Below are positions 23,461 to 32,253 of a DNA stretch of 33,968 nt, piece by piece. A model generated the notes under the pieces. It had not been told where the DNA came from. It did no database searches and saw only the letters and a list, made by a program, of their open reading frames with translations. This DNA is from a virus. The translations under genes were made by a program, and so were the position numbers. The stretch lies in IMG/VR virus record IMGVR_UViG_3300034375_008105. One strand, 5' to 3'. The stretch's first letter is position 1. The number at the start of each line of letters is the position of its first letter.

Positions 23461-23790
23461 ATGAGCACTCAAGACTTAAAAGATGAAAAAATCCAGATTT
23501 TAGTTAGCCGCATCATTGCAGGCGAACCCGTCTATTATCAGACCGGAATTCCCGGCATAACCAAGCTTGGGAAAAAGCGCATATGGATGACAGATGCTCT
23601 CCATAAAATCTTAGATGATGCCTGCGACGACCCAAGCGGTGAAGAGTACGAAAAAATGTCTGAGATGGTATGCGATGCTGCAAACGGCAACCGTACTGTA
23701 TTGTTCGACAAAATTAATGATGTGCTTGGCGGAATTGTAGAGGATCGCTTTGACGATATTGTTGAGTACGAGCGGGAGAAAGCGCGATGA
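23461..23790 (+). CDS. Hypothetical acidic protein, 109 aa.
   Basis: AGGAGATGAG SD. TTGCAT-17-CATAAT promoter-like sequence at 23406-23434. ATGA coupling to the next gene. Confidence 0.55.
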   Translation: MSTQDLKDEKIQILVSRIIAGEPVYYQTGIPGITKLGKKRIWMTDALHKILDDACDDPSGEEYEKMSEMVCDAANGNRTVLFDKINDVLGGIVEDRFDDIVEYEREKAR

Positions 23791-24473
23791 GCAACATGGC
23801 TATCTGGGATCAGGTTTGTACTACCGATCCAAATCAAACAAAAACAGTTAATCAGCGCGGCGGATACACCGCAATTGTTCCACAGTATCAGATTCAACAG
23901 GCTACCGAGGTGTTTGGCCCGTATGGCAAGGGCTGGGGTTTTGCTTCATGCGATCTTGATATGTCGCAGATTGAGCCGCTTGGGCTTGTAATTGTAAAGG
24001 CTATTTTCTTTTATGTTACTGGTGGTGACCGTAGCGAATTTCCAATCAATAACGCATGGCCTGTTAAGCAAGGATCTCGCATTGATCCAGACTTTGCCAA
24101 GAAAGCAGAAACAAACACCATGAGCAAAGCGCTATCAAAGCTTGGGTTTGGGGCTGATGTATTTATGGGTCAGTTTGATGATAACGAGTATCTTCAAGAA
24201 GCAGCTAAGACAGCCAGCGTAAAGAGCGCTGAATCAGCTCTTGATAAAAAGGAACGTGAGGAGCAGGAGTACAACGATTGGATGCAGGAAATGTACGAGT
24301 CGTTTGCTAACGCATCAACAATGCAAGAGCTTCAGGCAGCACACAAATCGCGAATCAGAAAGGCCAAGGCTCGAGGGTACGATACTGCAATCCTTCACAT
24401 TGAGCGCGCCAAGGATAAGCACAAGGAGCGTTTAGAGTCACAGGAGGTGAGTACCAATGACTCAACTGTATAA
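23787..24473 (+). CDS. Rad52-superfamily single-strand annealing protein (Sak/DUF1071-like), 228 aa.
   Basis: GGYTAIVPQYQIQQATEVFGPYGKGWGF and TNTMSKALSKLGFGADVF motifs. Context with Gp157 and SSB. Confidence 0.55.
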   Translation: MSNMAIWDQVCTTDPNQTKTVNQRGGYTAIVPQYQIQQATEVFGPYGKGWGFASCDLDMSQIEPLGLVIVKAIFFYVTGGDRSEFPINNAWPVKQGSRIDPDFAKKAETNTMSKALSKLGFGADVFMGQFDDNEYLQEAAKTASVKSAESALDKKEREEQEYNDWMQEMYESFANASTMQELQAAHKSRIRKAKARGYDTAILHIERAKDKHKERLESQEVSTNDSTV

Positions 24474-24951
24474 AGTGTCAGAGCAGCACAGGGAGCTTCA
24501 GGAGTTGGTGTCCGATGGCGAAATGACCGATGAAGACCTTAAAGATACTTTCGAAGGATTGGAGGGCCAGTTTAACGAAAAGGCCGTTTCTCTCATTCAG
24601 GTTGTAAATAACATGGAATCTGACACTTCAGAGATTGATGCAGAGATCGACCGGCTTCAGGCAAGAAAGAAAGCAATCAACAACAAAAAAGATTCATTGC
24701 GCGAATACCTGCGCACCAATATGGAAGCCACAGGAATAACTAGCATTAAGTGTCCGTTGTTCTCAATCACATTAGCAAATGGCAGGGATATTGCTGTTGT
24801 AGATAGTGAAGCGGATGTTCCAGATGAGATGATTGAGGTGTCTGTTGTTCAGAAGCCAAACAAAGCTGAGATTCTGAAGAAGCTCAAGGCTGGCGAACAC
24901 GTGCCTGGCTGTCGGATGGAAAAAACAAAAACATCGTTACGTATCAAATAA
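24457..24951 (+). CDS. Siphovirus Gp157-family protein, 164 aa.
   Basis: LYKVSEQHRELQELV...DTFEGLEGQFNEKAVSLIQVVNNMESDTSEIDAEIDRLQARKKAINNK...HVPGCRMEKTKTSLRIK follows the family pattern end to end. Confidence 0.75.
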   Translation: MTQLYKVSEQHRELQELVSDGEMTDEDLKDTFEGLEGQFNEKAVSLIQVVNNMESDTSEIDAEIDRLQARKKAINNKKDSLREYLRTNMEATGITSIKCPLFSITLANGRDIAVVDSEADVPDEMIEVSVVQKPNKAEILKKLKAGEHVPGCRMEKTKTSLRIK

Positions 24952-24969
24952 CACACAGGGGATAGATAG

Positions 24970-25407
24970 ATGACACACACAGTAACATCCAAGCTAAACA
25001 AAGATGCGCGTCAGCATCCTAATCAATCCGGCGTTACTTTCTTTGTATCGCTGGGAGAGAAGAACTACAACTTCCGGACTAAACAGTCTGAATACACAAA
25101 CTACGAAGCGGCTCTGTTTGCTAAGGAAAATCAGGTTCAGTTCTATTCAGCTAAGCTGGTGGCTGGGGCGGTTGTTAGTGTCACCGGCACAGGACTGATT
25201 ATTGAGCCTCAGACCGATTCTAATTATCAGCCTCGCCTTCAGATCCAAGATGCAAAGCTAACGTTTGTCCACAGCTCTGATCAGCCGCAACAGGCTCCGC
25301 AGCAACAAGCACCGCAACAGCAGTATCAGCAACCGCCTCAACAGCAGGCACCGGCACCGCAGTCTGCACCGGGTATGGATGATTTCGACGACGGTATCCC
25401 GTTTTGA
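24970..25407 (+). CDS. ssb: Single-stranded DNA-binding protein with a divergent OB domain, 145 aa.
   Basis: Gln/Pro-rich linker and the canonical acidic tip MDDFDDGIPF at the C-terminus. Confidence 0.7.
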   Translation: MTHTVTSKLNKDARQHPNQSGVTFFVSLGEKNYNFRTKQSEYTNYEAALFAKENQVQFYSAKLVAGAVVSVTGTGLIIEPQTDSNYQPRLQIQDAKLTFVHSSDQPQQAPQQQAPQQQYQQPPQQQAPAPQSAPGMDDFDDGIPF

Positions 25408-25428
25408 TCAGCAAAGGAGATAAATATT

Positions 25429-25752
25429 ATGGAATTAAGCGCAACAATAGATAAAGGTGATTTAGAGCTGATCCGAGAGCTATACGTGTTTAACGGATTT
25501 AGTGTGGCGGCACTGGCAAAAAAGTGGGAAGTCACCTACAAAACAATGCACAACTTTATCAGCCGGAATAAGATTCGTACGCCAGCAGTGGAAGGATTCA
25601 CCACTATCAAAGCCGGAGATATGGGCGTGGTTCCAATGGATGGAGCCAAGTACCTGATGAAAAAACGAAACGAGCAGCTTTACGTATCTGTGCCGGCTCA
25701 AGAGTTTTTCGAAATGCAGAAGCAGCTGCAGGAGCTTAAGAATAGCGGCTAG
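25429..25752 (+). CDS. HTH-containing protein, 107 aa.
   Basis: FSVAALAKKWEVTYKTMHNFISRNKI. AAGGAG SD. Confidence 0.5.
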   Translation: MELSATIDKGDLELIRELYVFNGFSVAALAKKWEVTYKTMHNFISRNKIRTPAVEGFTTIKAGDMGVVPMDGAKYLMKKRNEQLYVSVPAQEFFEMQKQLQELKNSG

Positions 25753-25816
25753 ACGAAACCAGCAATAAGGGATAGTATTAGATCCACAAAGTGACTCAAA
25801 TCTATCGCCATAGACC

Positions 25817-25848
25817 AAAAACCCGGAACAATCCCCACCGGGTTTTTT
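25817..25848. terminator. Bidirectional intrinsic terminator between the convergent rightward early operon and the late/lysis operon.
   Basis: AAAAA-CCCGG (25822-25826), 11-nt loop, CCGGG (25838-25842), TTTTTT. Confidence 0.75.
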
Positions 25849-25856
25849 ATTGCTTG

Positions 25857-26258
25857 CTATTTCTTGGGCTTAACGCTTTCTATAAATCCGCCTCCGAAGT
25901 AGAACGAGATGATCGCCATCATTATCCAGCCTACATTAAATTCGGCCATAAGCTCTTTGATTCCTTCTACCTGCTTCTCGTCCAGATATCCAGCGAATAT
26001 AGATCCAAGGATAGCCAGAAAGCACAGAAGGTAAACCCCAGTGAATGAAAATGCTATGACCCGCTGAGCTAGTTTAAACGGCGCGTAAGCCGTAATTAAA
26101 TCAGCCTTGGCGCGAGTCTTCGTTTCAATCAAACTCTTCTTAGCGGCTGCGTCAGCCTCGATTAGCTCCACATCTGATGTGTGGAACTCATCTATAAGGT
26201 CAATTCCTTTGCTAACTACATCTCCGGAGCCAAAGATCTTGCCAAGTATCTGCCACAT
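25857..26258 (-). CDS. Holin, 133 aa, similar in layout to the 3-TM gene-transfer-agent-type holin family.
   Basis: Soluble N-terminus followed by hydrophobic segments VIAFSFTGVYLLCFLAILGSIF and VGWIMMAIISFYFGGGF. Lies immediately downstream of the endolysin. Confidence 0.55.
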   Translation of the reverse strand: MWQILGKIFGSGDVVSKGIDLIDEFHTSDVELIEADAAAKKSLIETKTRAKADLITAYAPFKLAQRVIAFSFTGVYLLCFLAILGSIFAGYLDEKQVEGIKELMAEFNVGWIMMAIISFYFGGGFIESVKPKK

Positions 26259-26259
26259 A

Positions 26260-26628
26260 TCACACCTCTATCTGAAAGTGAGGGCCGTCCTTAAAAGTCT
26301 CCCAGTCGCCGCCCCAGGTAATGGTAACGCCCAGCTCTTCAGCAGCCTGCTTCATTGCACGGGCAAGCTCATAGTATGGCGGCCAGTCCCAGCTAATACG
26401 ACCGTCTATATAGGGAGCTATATCAACCGCCTCCCCAATAAGGTGAAGGCTTTTCATGGTCTGCGACGCGCCCTTAGCCACAAGCTCCCGCTGACGCTCC
26501 TCGCTACGCATACCCTCAAGCACGGTGAAATCTATTTCAGTGATTTGAATAGCACGCTTAACTACTCGAGCCAAGTCGCCATTTATGCCCTCTAGTCTGT
26601 CAAGGCTTCGCTTACCTAGCTTGTACAT
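26260..26628 (-). CDS. Endolysin, peptidase M15 family (L-alanyl-D-glutamate or D,D-peptidase type), 122 aa.
   Basis: EGMRSEERQ...SLHLIGEAVDI...GGDWETFKDGPHFQ zinc-ligand pattern (H, D, H). Confidence 0.8.
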   Translation of the reverse strand: MYKLGKRSLDRLEGINGDLARVVKRAIQITEIDFTVLEGMRSEERQRELVAKGASQTMKSLHLIGEAVDIAPYIDGRISWDWPPYYELARAMKQAAEELGVTITWGGDWETFKDGPHFQIEV

Positions 26629-27233
26629 TACGCCCCCTTAATGCTCGCCTTAACCGCCTGTAGTTCTGCGGTAAGCGCGTTAATCACGCCTGTGTTGTCT
26701 TCGTCATCCACCAGCAAGCCCTTAGCGTGACTGCATCGCTGCTCAATCTTGCTGAGATAGAACTCAAAAGTAAGCTTGTTGTTCATAATGCTGTCAGCCT
26801 TGGCTTGCACCTTGGCCCAACCAGCAGCATCTATGGTGGCGACCTCTGCGGATATCTGGGCCAGTGTTAGCGGGGAGCTACCGTTAACTACCTCAACGAT
26901 CTTGGCTAAAAGATATTTTTGCTCATCGTCTGCATTGCCTGCGATATAGGCTTTTGCCGCTTCACCCTTTACCGGGAACGTGTTTATTTCTTCCTGGCTG
27001 TATCCGTTTTGCAGAGTATGCATAGCGTCTTTGTACAGAAATGCTATTTTTTCCTCGCATAACGATAGTGGTAGAACCCACGCACCGTTGATGTAAATCT
27101 GCTTCGCGTCATCAGGCGGGTTATCTACCTCAATATACCCAGCCGGGGCGGCGGAATCGTCATACGCCCCTAAATACACGCCATTTCCATCAATTAAGTA
27201 TTTCAAAGCGATGCCTCCACAATAAGTCTCCAT
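26628..27233 (-). CDS. Tail-fibre assembly or chaperone-like protein. A likely alternative start is the TTG at 27206.
   Basis: N-terminal KYLIDGNGVYLGAY...PAGYIEVDNPP...INGAWV, and a DUF4376-like GYSQEEINTFPVKGEAAKAY. GGAGG lies 7 nt upstream of the TTG, in a TTGA overlap with the fibre stop. Confidence 0.45.
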   Translation of the reverse strand: METYCGGIALKYLIDGNGVYLGAYDDSAAPAGYIEVDNPPDDAKQIYINGAWVLPLSLCEEKIAFLYKDAMHTLQNGYSQEEINTFPVKGEAAKAYIAGNADDEQKYLLAKIVEVVNGSSPLTLAQISAEVATIDAAGWAKVQAKADSIMNNKLTFEFYLSKIEQRCSHAKGLLVDDEDNTGVINALTAELQAVKASIKGA

Positions 27234-28417
27234 CTTGTATTAACAATAGATGCTTGCAATCCGTCATTAGCTCTTAATATATTCAATGCCTCAGAATCTG
27301 AACCGTATCTAATAATTATCTGAGTTCCTGTTTTTCGCACGGACAAACCCCGGTTATCTTGGTCTGTTGCTGCGGTTTGCCCCAGAGGCATAATAAGAAC
27401 ATCGCCAACAGAATAATTTTGGTCTGCTGTTTTACAAATAATGCTAACCATAACCTGAGCAGGTTCACCACTTAAGCCATGATTTAGCGTTAAAAGACCA
27501 CCCGATGTAATGGTCTGCTCAGAAGATTTAAAAGACTCTTTGACCTGTACAGGGTTTAATAGCTCTACTCGGTCATTAATCGTATTTCGTCGGAATACAG
27601 CCTCAATTGGCATGTTCCCCGCCTGCAATGGCAGGCCGCCGTTTTTTGTTATTGTCTTGGCGGACGCTCCATCTATCTGAATCGTAGGGGAGGTAGCTGT
27701 ATTAGGCCCAAGAGTTCTCACCCTAAACTGTCGCCCATCAATTGTTGTATCAAGGTCTGGTGTATAGTCAACAATTAAAGCATCAACCGATCCCGTGGCG
27801 ATAGAAAAAGGATCTGTGGCTGATAGGATTTCCTCAGTAGAATTCACATCTAAAAGCGTTCTAGCTTCCGAGGCGTCAGTAGTAACTACCAGATCTCTAC
27901 CAAAATCAGTGATAGCTATGCTGCCCTGGCCTGCAATATCGGTGTTCTTTAGGTTGCCATCAGCGTCCCATTGTAAAAACTTTCCTTCATCCGGGGACGG
28001 CACTGTCAACCCTGAAGATACTTCAGACTCCTGCAGCTTAAGTGACCGATCTATGTCGTCCTGCTGCTGCTGGACAATCATTGTCAGCTTATCAAGGGCA
28101 CGCTCATGAGATTCGGCCGGAAACGGGTCGTTCTCAACATAATCAGTTTCCTGAGTTATCGACACGTTCCGCAGAATAGAAATCTTTTCGCCGGTCGATG
28201 GTGCAACAATCATTGCCACAGTGCCGCCGGCATCCAGTCCGGCCCCGGTTACAGTGTAGTCAGTGTTCAAAACCTTCTCTGATTCAGCTCCGGTGGCCGT
28301 TACCGTCACGATTACTTTTAAATCCTGATTCTGCAGGAATCTAAATTCGGTAGCGAAATCAGTTGTCGCCCCATCTCCGAGATAATCAGCCCGGCGTGTT
28401 TCTGATGATACTGTCAT
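27203..28417 (-). CDS. Tail fibre or receptor-binding protein, 404 aa.
   Basis: N-terminal RRADYLGDGATTDFATEFRFLQNQDLKV pattern common to podovirus fibre N-termini. Followed by a chaperone-like gene. Confidence 0.65.
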   Translation of the reverse strand: MTVSSETRRADYLGDGATTDFATEFRFLQNQDLKVIVTVTATGAESEKVLNTDYTVTGAGLDAGGTVAMIVAPSTGEKISILRNVSITQETDYVENDPFPAESHERALDKLTMIVQQQQDDIDRSLKLQESEVSSGLTVPSPDEGKFLQWDADGNLKNTDIAGQGSIAITDFGRDLVVTTDASEARTLLDVNSTEEILSATDPFSIATGSVDALIVDYTPDLDTTIDGRQFRVRTLGPNTATSPTIQIDGASAKTITKNGGLPLQAGNMPIEAVFRRNTINDRVELLNPVQVKESFKSSEQTITSGGLLTLNHGLSGEPAQVMVSIICKTADQNYSVGDVLIMPLGQTAATDQDNRGLSVRKTGTQIIIRYGSDSEALNILRANDGLQASIVNTRWRLIVEASL

Positions 28418-30930
28418 TTAATCAAAACCTCTTGGTCGTTTTCTTTCTTTAATCGCCGTTCCATTCTTCGCTTATATCCTGGGCTAAGAGACTCCATTAC
28501 ATTGTAATATATTAAGTGGTCTAACGTAGCTTTTACATAGACAGCATTTATTACTGAGGCGGGAGGGTATGCAACCGAGGCAGCGGCTGGCGCAGTCTGA
28601 TATGCAAGCCTAAACAAATCAATACCAGCGTCTTCGCCGTCTCGCGCCTTTCCGTAGATAGTGGCAATCCTATCCAGAGTACCCGCTGTAGGACCGGCTA
28701 AAGTAGAAACCAACCCGCCCCCAAATCTGTTTTTAACATCGCCGAACAGGAAGTCCCCGTATATCCCTGCCGCGCCCCCTTGGAGAAATGCCGCCACTGC
28801 TGTCTTAGGGTCTGCCGGGTCTCTAGGCTCTCTATTCTTAGCAATGTCTTTCGCGCTCATGGCCAAGTAGCCAAAAATCATAGAGGCCGTCATAAACTCA
28901 GCCATTCCCGCAACGGATGAGCCTCGACCCTCACGCCCCCTTATTTCACGACCCCATACCTTTTGAACAATAGCAAAGGGAAACGCCTTAAACTGCGTCA
29001 AATGTCTAAGCAACTCGCCCGCAACAGTCCCCGGCTGGGAGTCTCGAAGCATAATAGAACGTGTCTTCGCGTCAGGCTCAATTACAGCAAATTGTGAGCG
29101 ATCGACATAATATCCCCTAAGGGAATCTTTCAAATCTGTTTTAAGTTTTTTAATCTGGAATTCTGTAGGCTTTACGCTGATAGATTCAAGATGATTCGAT
29201 AGTAAACCATCATCAATCCCATCAAGCATCTCAGGCGTTAAATATTTGCCATCCACACCGTCAAACTCTTTAGCTCCTACCGATCGTATTAAATCCCACT
29301 CAGCGCGACCAATACCAAACAAGGTAAGAGTATCTTGCAAGCCCTTAGGTATCCTACCAAACGACATGGCCGACAAATCGCCAACATGCTGCGCCATACC
29401 TATCATTGAACCGGCACGCATTGAATCCGTCCATAAGGTTAATCCGTTAAGCCTAAAAAACGTCCTCATAGCGTTAGATACTCGCCCTGGGATTGCTTCC
29501 CCTTGCGGGTCAAACCTTGATGTAAATAGTCCTGTCGTAGCATCAAGGCTAACACCAAGCTCAGCAAGTACGCGGCGAGACTGTTTATTTCTAACCGTAA
29601 GCCTTCTGTTAGCTATTGATTTGCCCATATCGCCGATAGCACCCGCACCATTTTTTAGCGCTGAGCCATACGCATCAAGAAAACCTTTGCCTTGATACCT
29701 CATTTCTGATGCACCTACAGGGACATCAGCAATAGATGATATGACAGCTCCACCAAGCTTAGTTAGCGACTCATACGCCCTAACTACTTGACCAATCTGA
29801 GCGCCCATTGCGCTGCCTGGGATATTGCTTGCGCCGGTCACTTGTTTAACAAAGTTATCCAGCCTTCCTTTCTGAGCATTGGCAAGACTGACTGCACCAG
29901 ATGGGTCGGTCTTTCTTAAATCCTTAAGGATGGATTCAACAGCAAGATCATAATTTCCTTCAGCGTTAGGACCTAAAACCTTAAGTAGGCCGGTATTCTG
30001 GCCTGACATTCTCATTCCCTGCATAACAGTATCAACAAGACCGCCCCTGCCAAATCTTTCATTGTATTGAAACCACCCATCAGCCTGCCTGAAATGAAGC
30101 ACCCTCTCTTGACTTGCTGCCTTGGCTATATTCTTCGTTCCCTTTAATCCAGGCACAGAACCAGCCCCAAAATGAATGCCAGTTGATAGACCCTGAAATG
30201 CGCTATCCAGAAACGCCTCCCTGTCTTCAACTCCTTCAAATGTTCGCTCATCCAAAAGCGGCTCTATTGTTCTCCGCCATTCAGCAAATCCTGCATTCCT
30301 GATTTTATCCATATCATGAGATTGGCGGGTAATGTAACCAGGAAGCTTTTTAATATATGCGCCAGCTTCATTTGCATCAATACGGGCCTTCTCTTGCCAC
30401 TTGTGCAAAACCTTCGCGACACCGACTGCATCTGCAGTAATACCGCTAAAGTCATCGCCATTGTCTATCTTCCAGAGTGCGCGAGCTATATCTAAATCAA
30501 GATCACCAGATGTAAACGCATCAAACGCGGTGCGGCCTATATCCTCTATATCAGCGACCATTCCAGCCATATAAGATTCTTGCAAAGAGGCTTGCATATT
30601 AGCAACAGATCTTCGCGACCCCATCTTTACATCGTTAATCCCCACAAGAAGAGCCTCAAACCCTAAAGCTGGGTCACCCTCAAAGCCGCTAACAAACTGA
30701 TCTATCTGCCGTCGGGCGACAGAATTTAAAGCCGTGTTTCTTGCCTCTATTTTTTTTGCAATAGTTTGATCGAGAATGCTTTGCTCTAGCTTGGCAAATA
30801 TCTGATCTTCAGAAAGCCCGACAGAATCCTTTACAATTCGATCAGCCTCCTCAGCCATGCGTACTTGGTCAGCAAGTGGCGCACCCTGCATTGCATCTTC
30901 TATTCTTTTTATACAGTTAGCGGCTGGCAT
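28414..30930 (-). CDS. Large internal virion or ejection-type protein, 838 aa.
   Basis: Size and position between the tail-tube genes and the fibre. No catalytic motif recognised by eye. Confidence 0.5.
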   Translation of the reverse strand: MPAANCIKRIEDAMQGAPLADQVRMAEEADRIVKDSVGLSEDQIFAKLEQSILDQTIAKKIEARNTALNSVARRQIDQFVSGFEGDPALGFEALLVGINDVKMGSRRSVANMQASLQESYMAGMVADIEDIGRTAFDAFTSGDLDLDIARALWKIDNGDDFSGITADAVGVAKVLHKWQEKARIDANEAGAYIKKLPGYITRQSHDMDKIRNAGFAEWRRTIEPLLDERTFEGVEDREAFLDSAFQGLSTGIHFGAGSVPGLKGTKNIAKAASQERVLHFRQADGWFQYNERFGRGGLVDTVMQGMRMSGQNTGLLKVLGPNAEGNYDLAVESILKDLRKTDPSGAVSLANAQKGRLDNFVKQVTGASNIPGSAMGAQIGQVVRAYESLTKLGGAVISSIADVPVGASEMRYQGKGFLDAYGSALKNGAGAIGDMGKSIANRRLTVRNKQSRRVLAELGVSLDATTGLFTSRFDPQGEAIPGRVSNAMRTFFRLNGLTLWTDSMRAGSMIGMAQHVGDLSAMSFGRIPKGLQDTLTLFGIGRAEWDLIRSVGAKEFDGVDGKYLTPEMLDGIDDGLLSNHLESISVKPTEFQIKKLKTDLKDSLRGYYVDRSQFAVIEPDAKTRSIMLRDSQPGTVAGELLRHLTQFKAFPFAIVQKVWGREIRGREGRGSSVAGMAEFMTASMIFGYLAMSAKDIAKNREPRDPADPKTAVAAFLQGGAAGIYGDFLFGDVKNRFGGGLVSTLAGPTAGTLDRIATIYGKARDGEDAGIDLFRLAYQTAPAAASVAYPPASVINAVYVKATLDHLIYYNVMESLSPGYKRRMERRLKKENDQEVLIK

Positions 30931-32253
30931 TTATTTCCCCAACATACATGCAACAGCTTCCCTTAGGCCATTAGCCTCTATTTCAGCTGATTGGTTAATT
31001 TCATCTATCTCTGACCGGATGCTAGCGGTATCCACATCCTGCTCGTCAAGTGATAAAAGTATATCATCTGTTAGCTTATCTATAGACTCTGGTGATGGCT
31101 CTATAGACTCATCCAGCGTCTTATTTGCTTCTAATGATGAAGATATAGAGGCTTCTGGTGATTTAGGGTTAAGTATTGGGGCTGGTGCTTCAAAATCCTC
31201 TATCCTTGATTTAACGACTTTCGCAACGTCATCAATAAAAACATCTGGAACGCGCCCCGCCTCAAGATCCTGAACCGCCCTAAAGGAAACGCCATCAGGT
31301 AGCCCATTAGCCTTAGCTATCAACTCCGGTCTAAGCTCATCCATTACCCGGTTAAATTCTCCTGCTACCCTGGCGTCAACCTCAGAACCCTCAATAGCTC
31401 TTGCTACTTGATTTGACCGCCATTCTTGACGGAAACTTTTATCTAGTTTGGCAACATAACCAACATCAATAGGATTATTATCCATTACCTGACCAATTGA
31501 AGAGCGGAGTAAATCCTCTTTAGTTGCTGCTGATGACTTGCCAATTGCGTCACCTATGCCGCCTAAGCCAGCATGCAAGCCCCCACCCAGAACAGCACCA
31601 AAAGCCAAGTTTAAGAACGAATCATAGAGCCCGTAGTCAGCCTGCTCAGCCTCAGCTGCATACAAAACTATAGGTTCAATTAGCGCAGCACCAACAGCAC
31701 CTTCAGCAACCCCAACGCCAGCACGAACCCCGGCGCGGCCTGTTGCAGTTGAAACACCCGCGACCAACTTTGCATACCTGGCCTGCCCAACAATAGGAAC
31801 AAATGCAGATGCGACGCCAATAGGGTCAGCAAGCGACACAGCCAAACCTGTGCCTATTTGAGCGGCACCAGACCAAAACCCCTCTGGCGCTGCTTGAATT
31901 AATGCATCACGCTTAATTTCTTCTCGTTTCCTATCAATCATCAAAGACAAAGCGCCATCAGGAATCCCGCCTTCGCCTATATCTAAACTTACACCGGCGT
32001 CCTTCGCTTTTTTGTCAGCGTCCTTTTTACTAAGGACGTCAGTTTGCGGCCCCTTAAACTGAGCGCCTTTTGTCCCGGGAACAAAGCCGCCAAATAGCTC
32101 CTCTTCTAATTTTGATTGCCTGAATGCTGAACTGGACGGATTTTCAACCCATATTTGTTGCGCGAGCGCTGATAGTGATGTATCTAGGCCCGTCGTTAAA
32201 TCTTCCAGCTCCTGGGTTCTGCTAACCTTGTAAGCGTCCATCTGTATTGTCAT
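30931..32253 (-). CDS. Internal virion-type protein with a Gly/Ala-rich hydrophobic core, 440 aa.
   Basis: ORF track. The central GAVGAALIEP...AFGAVLGGGLHAGLGG segment looks membrane-active. Confidence 0.5.
   Translation of the reverse strand: MTIQMDAYKVSRTQELEDLTTGLDTSLSALAQQIWVENPSSSAFRQSKLEEELFGGFVPGTKGAQFKGPQTDVLSKKDADKKAKDAGVSLDIGEGGIPDGALSLMIDRKREEIKRDALIQAAPEGFWSGAAQIGTGLAVSLADPIGVASAFVPIVGQARYAKLVAGVSTATGRAGVRAGVGVAEGAVGAALIEPIVLYAAEAEQADYGLYDSFLNLAFGAVLGGGLHAGLGGIGDAIGKSSAATKEDLLRSSIGQVMDNNPIDVGYVAKLDKSFRQEWRSNQVARAIEGSEVDARVAGEFNRVMDELRPELIAKANGLPDGVSFRAVQDLEAGRVPDVFIDDVAKVVKSRIEDFEAPAPILNPKSPEASISSSLEANKTLDESIEPSPESIDKLTDDILLSLDEQDVDTASIRSEIDEINQSAEIEANGLREAVACMLGK

Noticed and set aside
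23538-23897. A minus-strand 119-aa ORF antisense to the 109-aa gene and the annealing-protein gene.
   Set aside because: It is embedded in a tightly coupled plus-strand operon, lacks an SD, and gives a Ser/Ile-rich low-complexity translation.
27203-28417. A possible diversity-generating retroelement, because the virion module resembles BPP-1-type phages.
   Set aside because: No ORF resembling a reverse transcriptase exists in the window. I could not find a second copy (template repeat) of the 3' end of the fibre gene by eye. A systematic self-alignment would be needed to confirm this.
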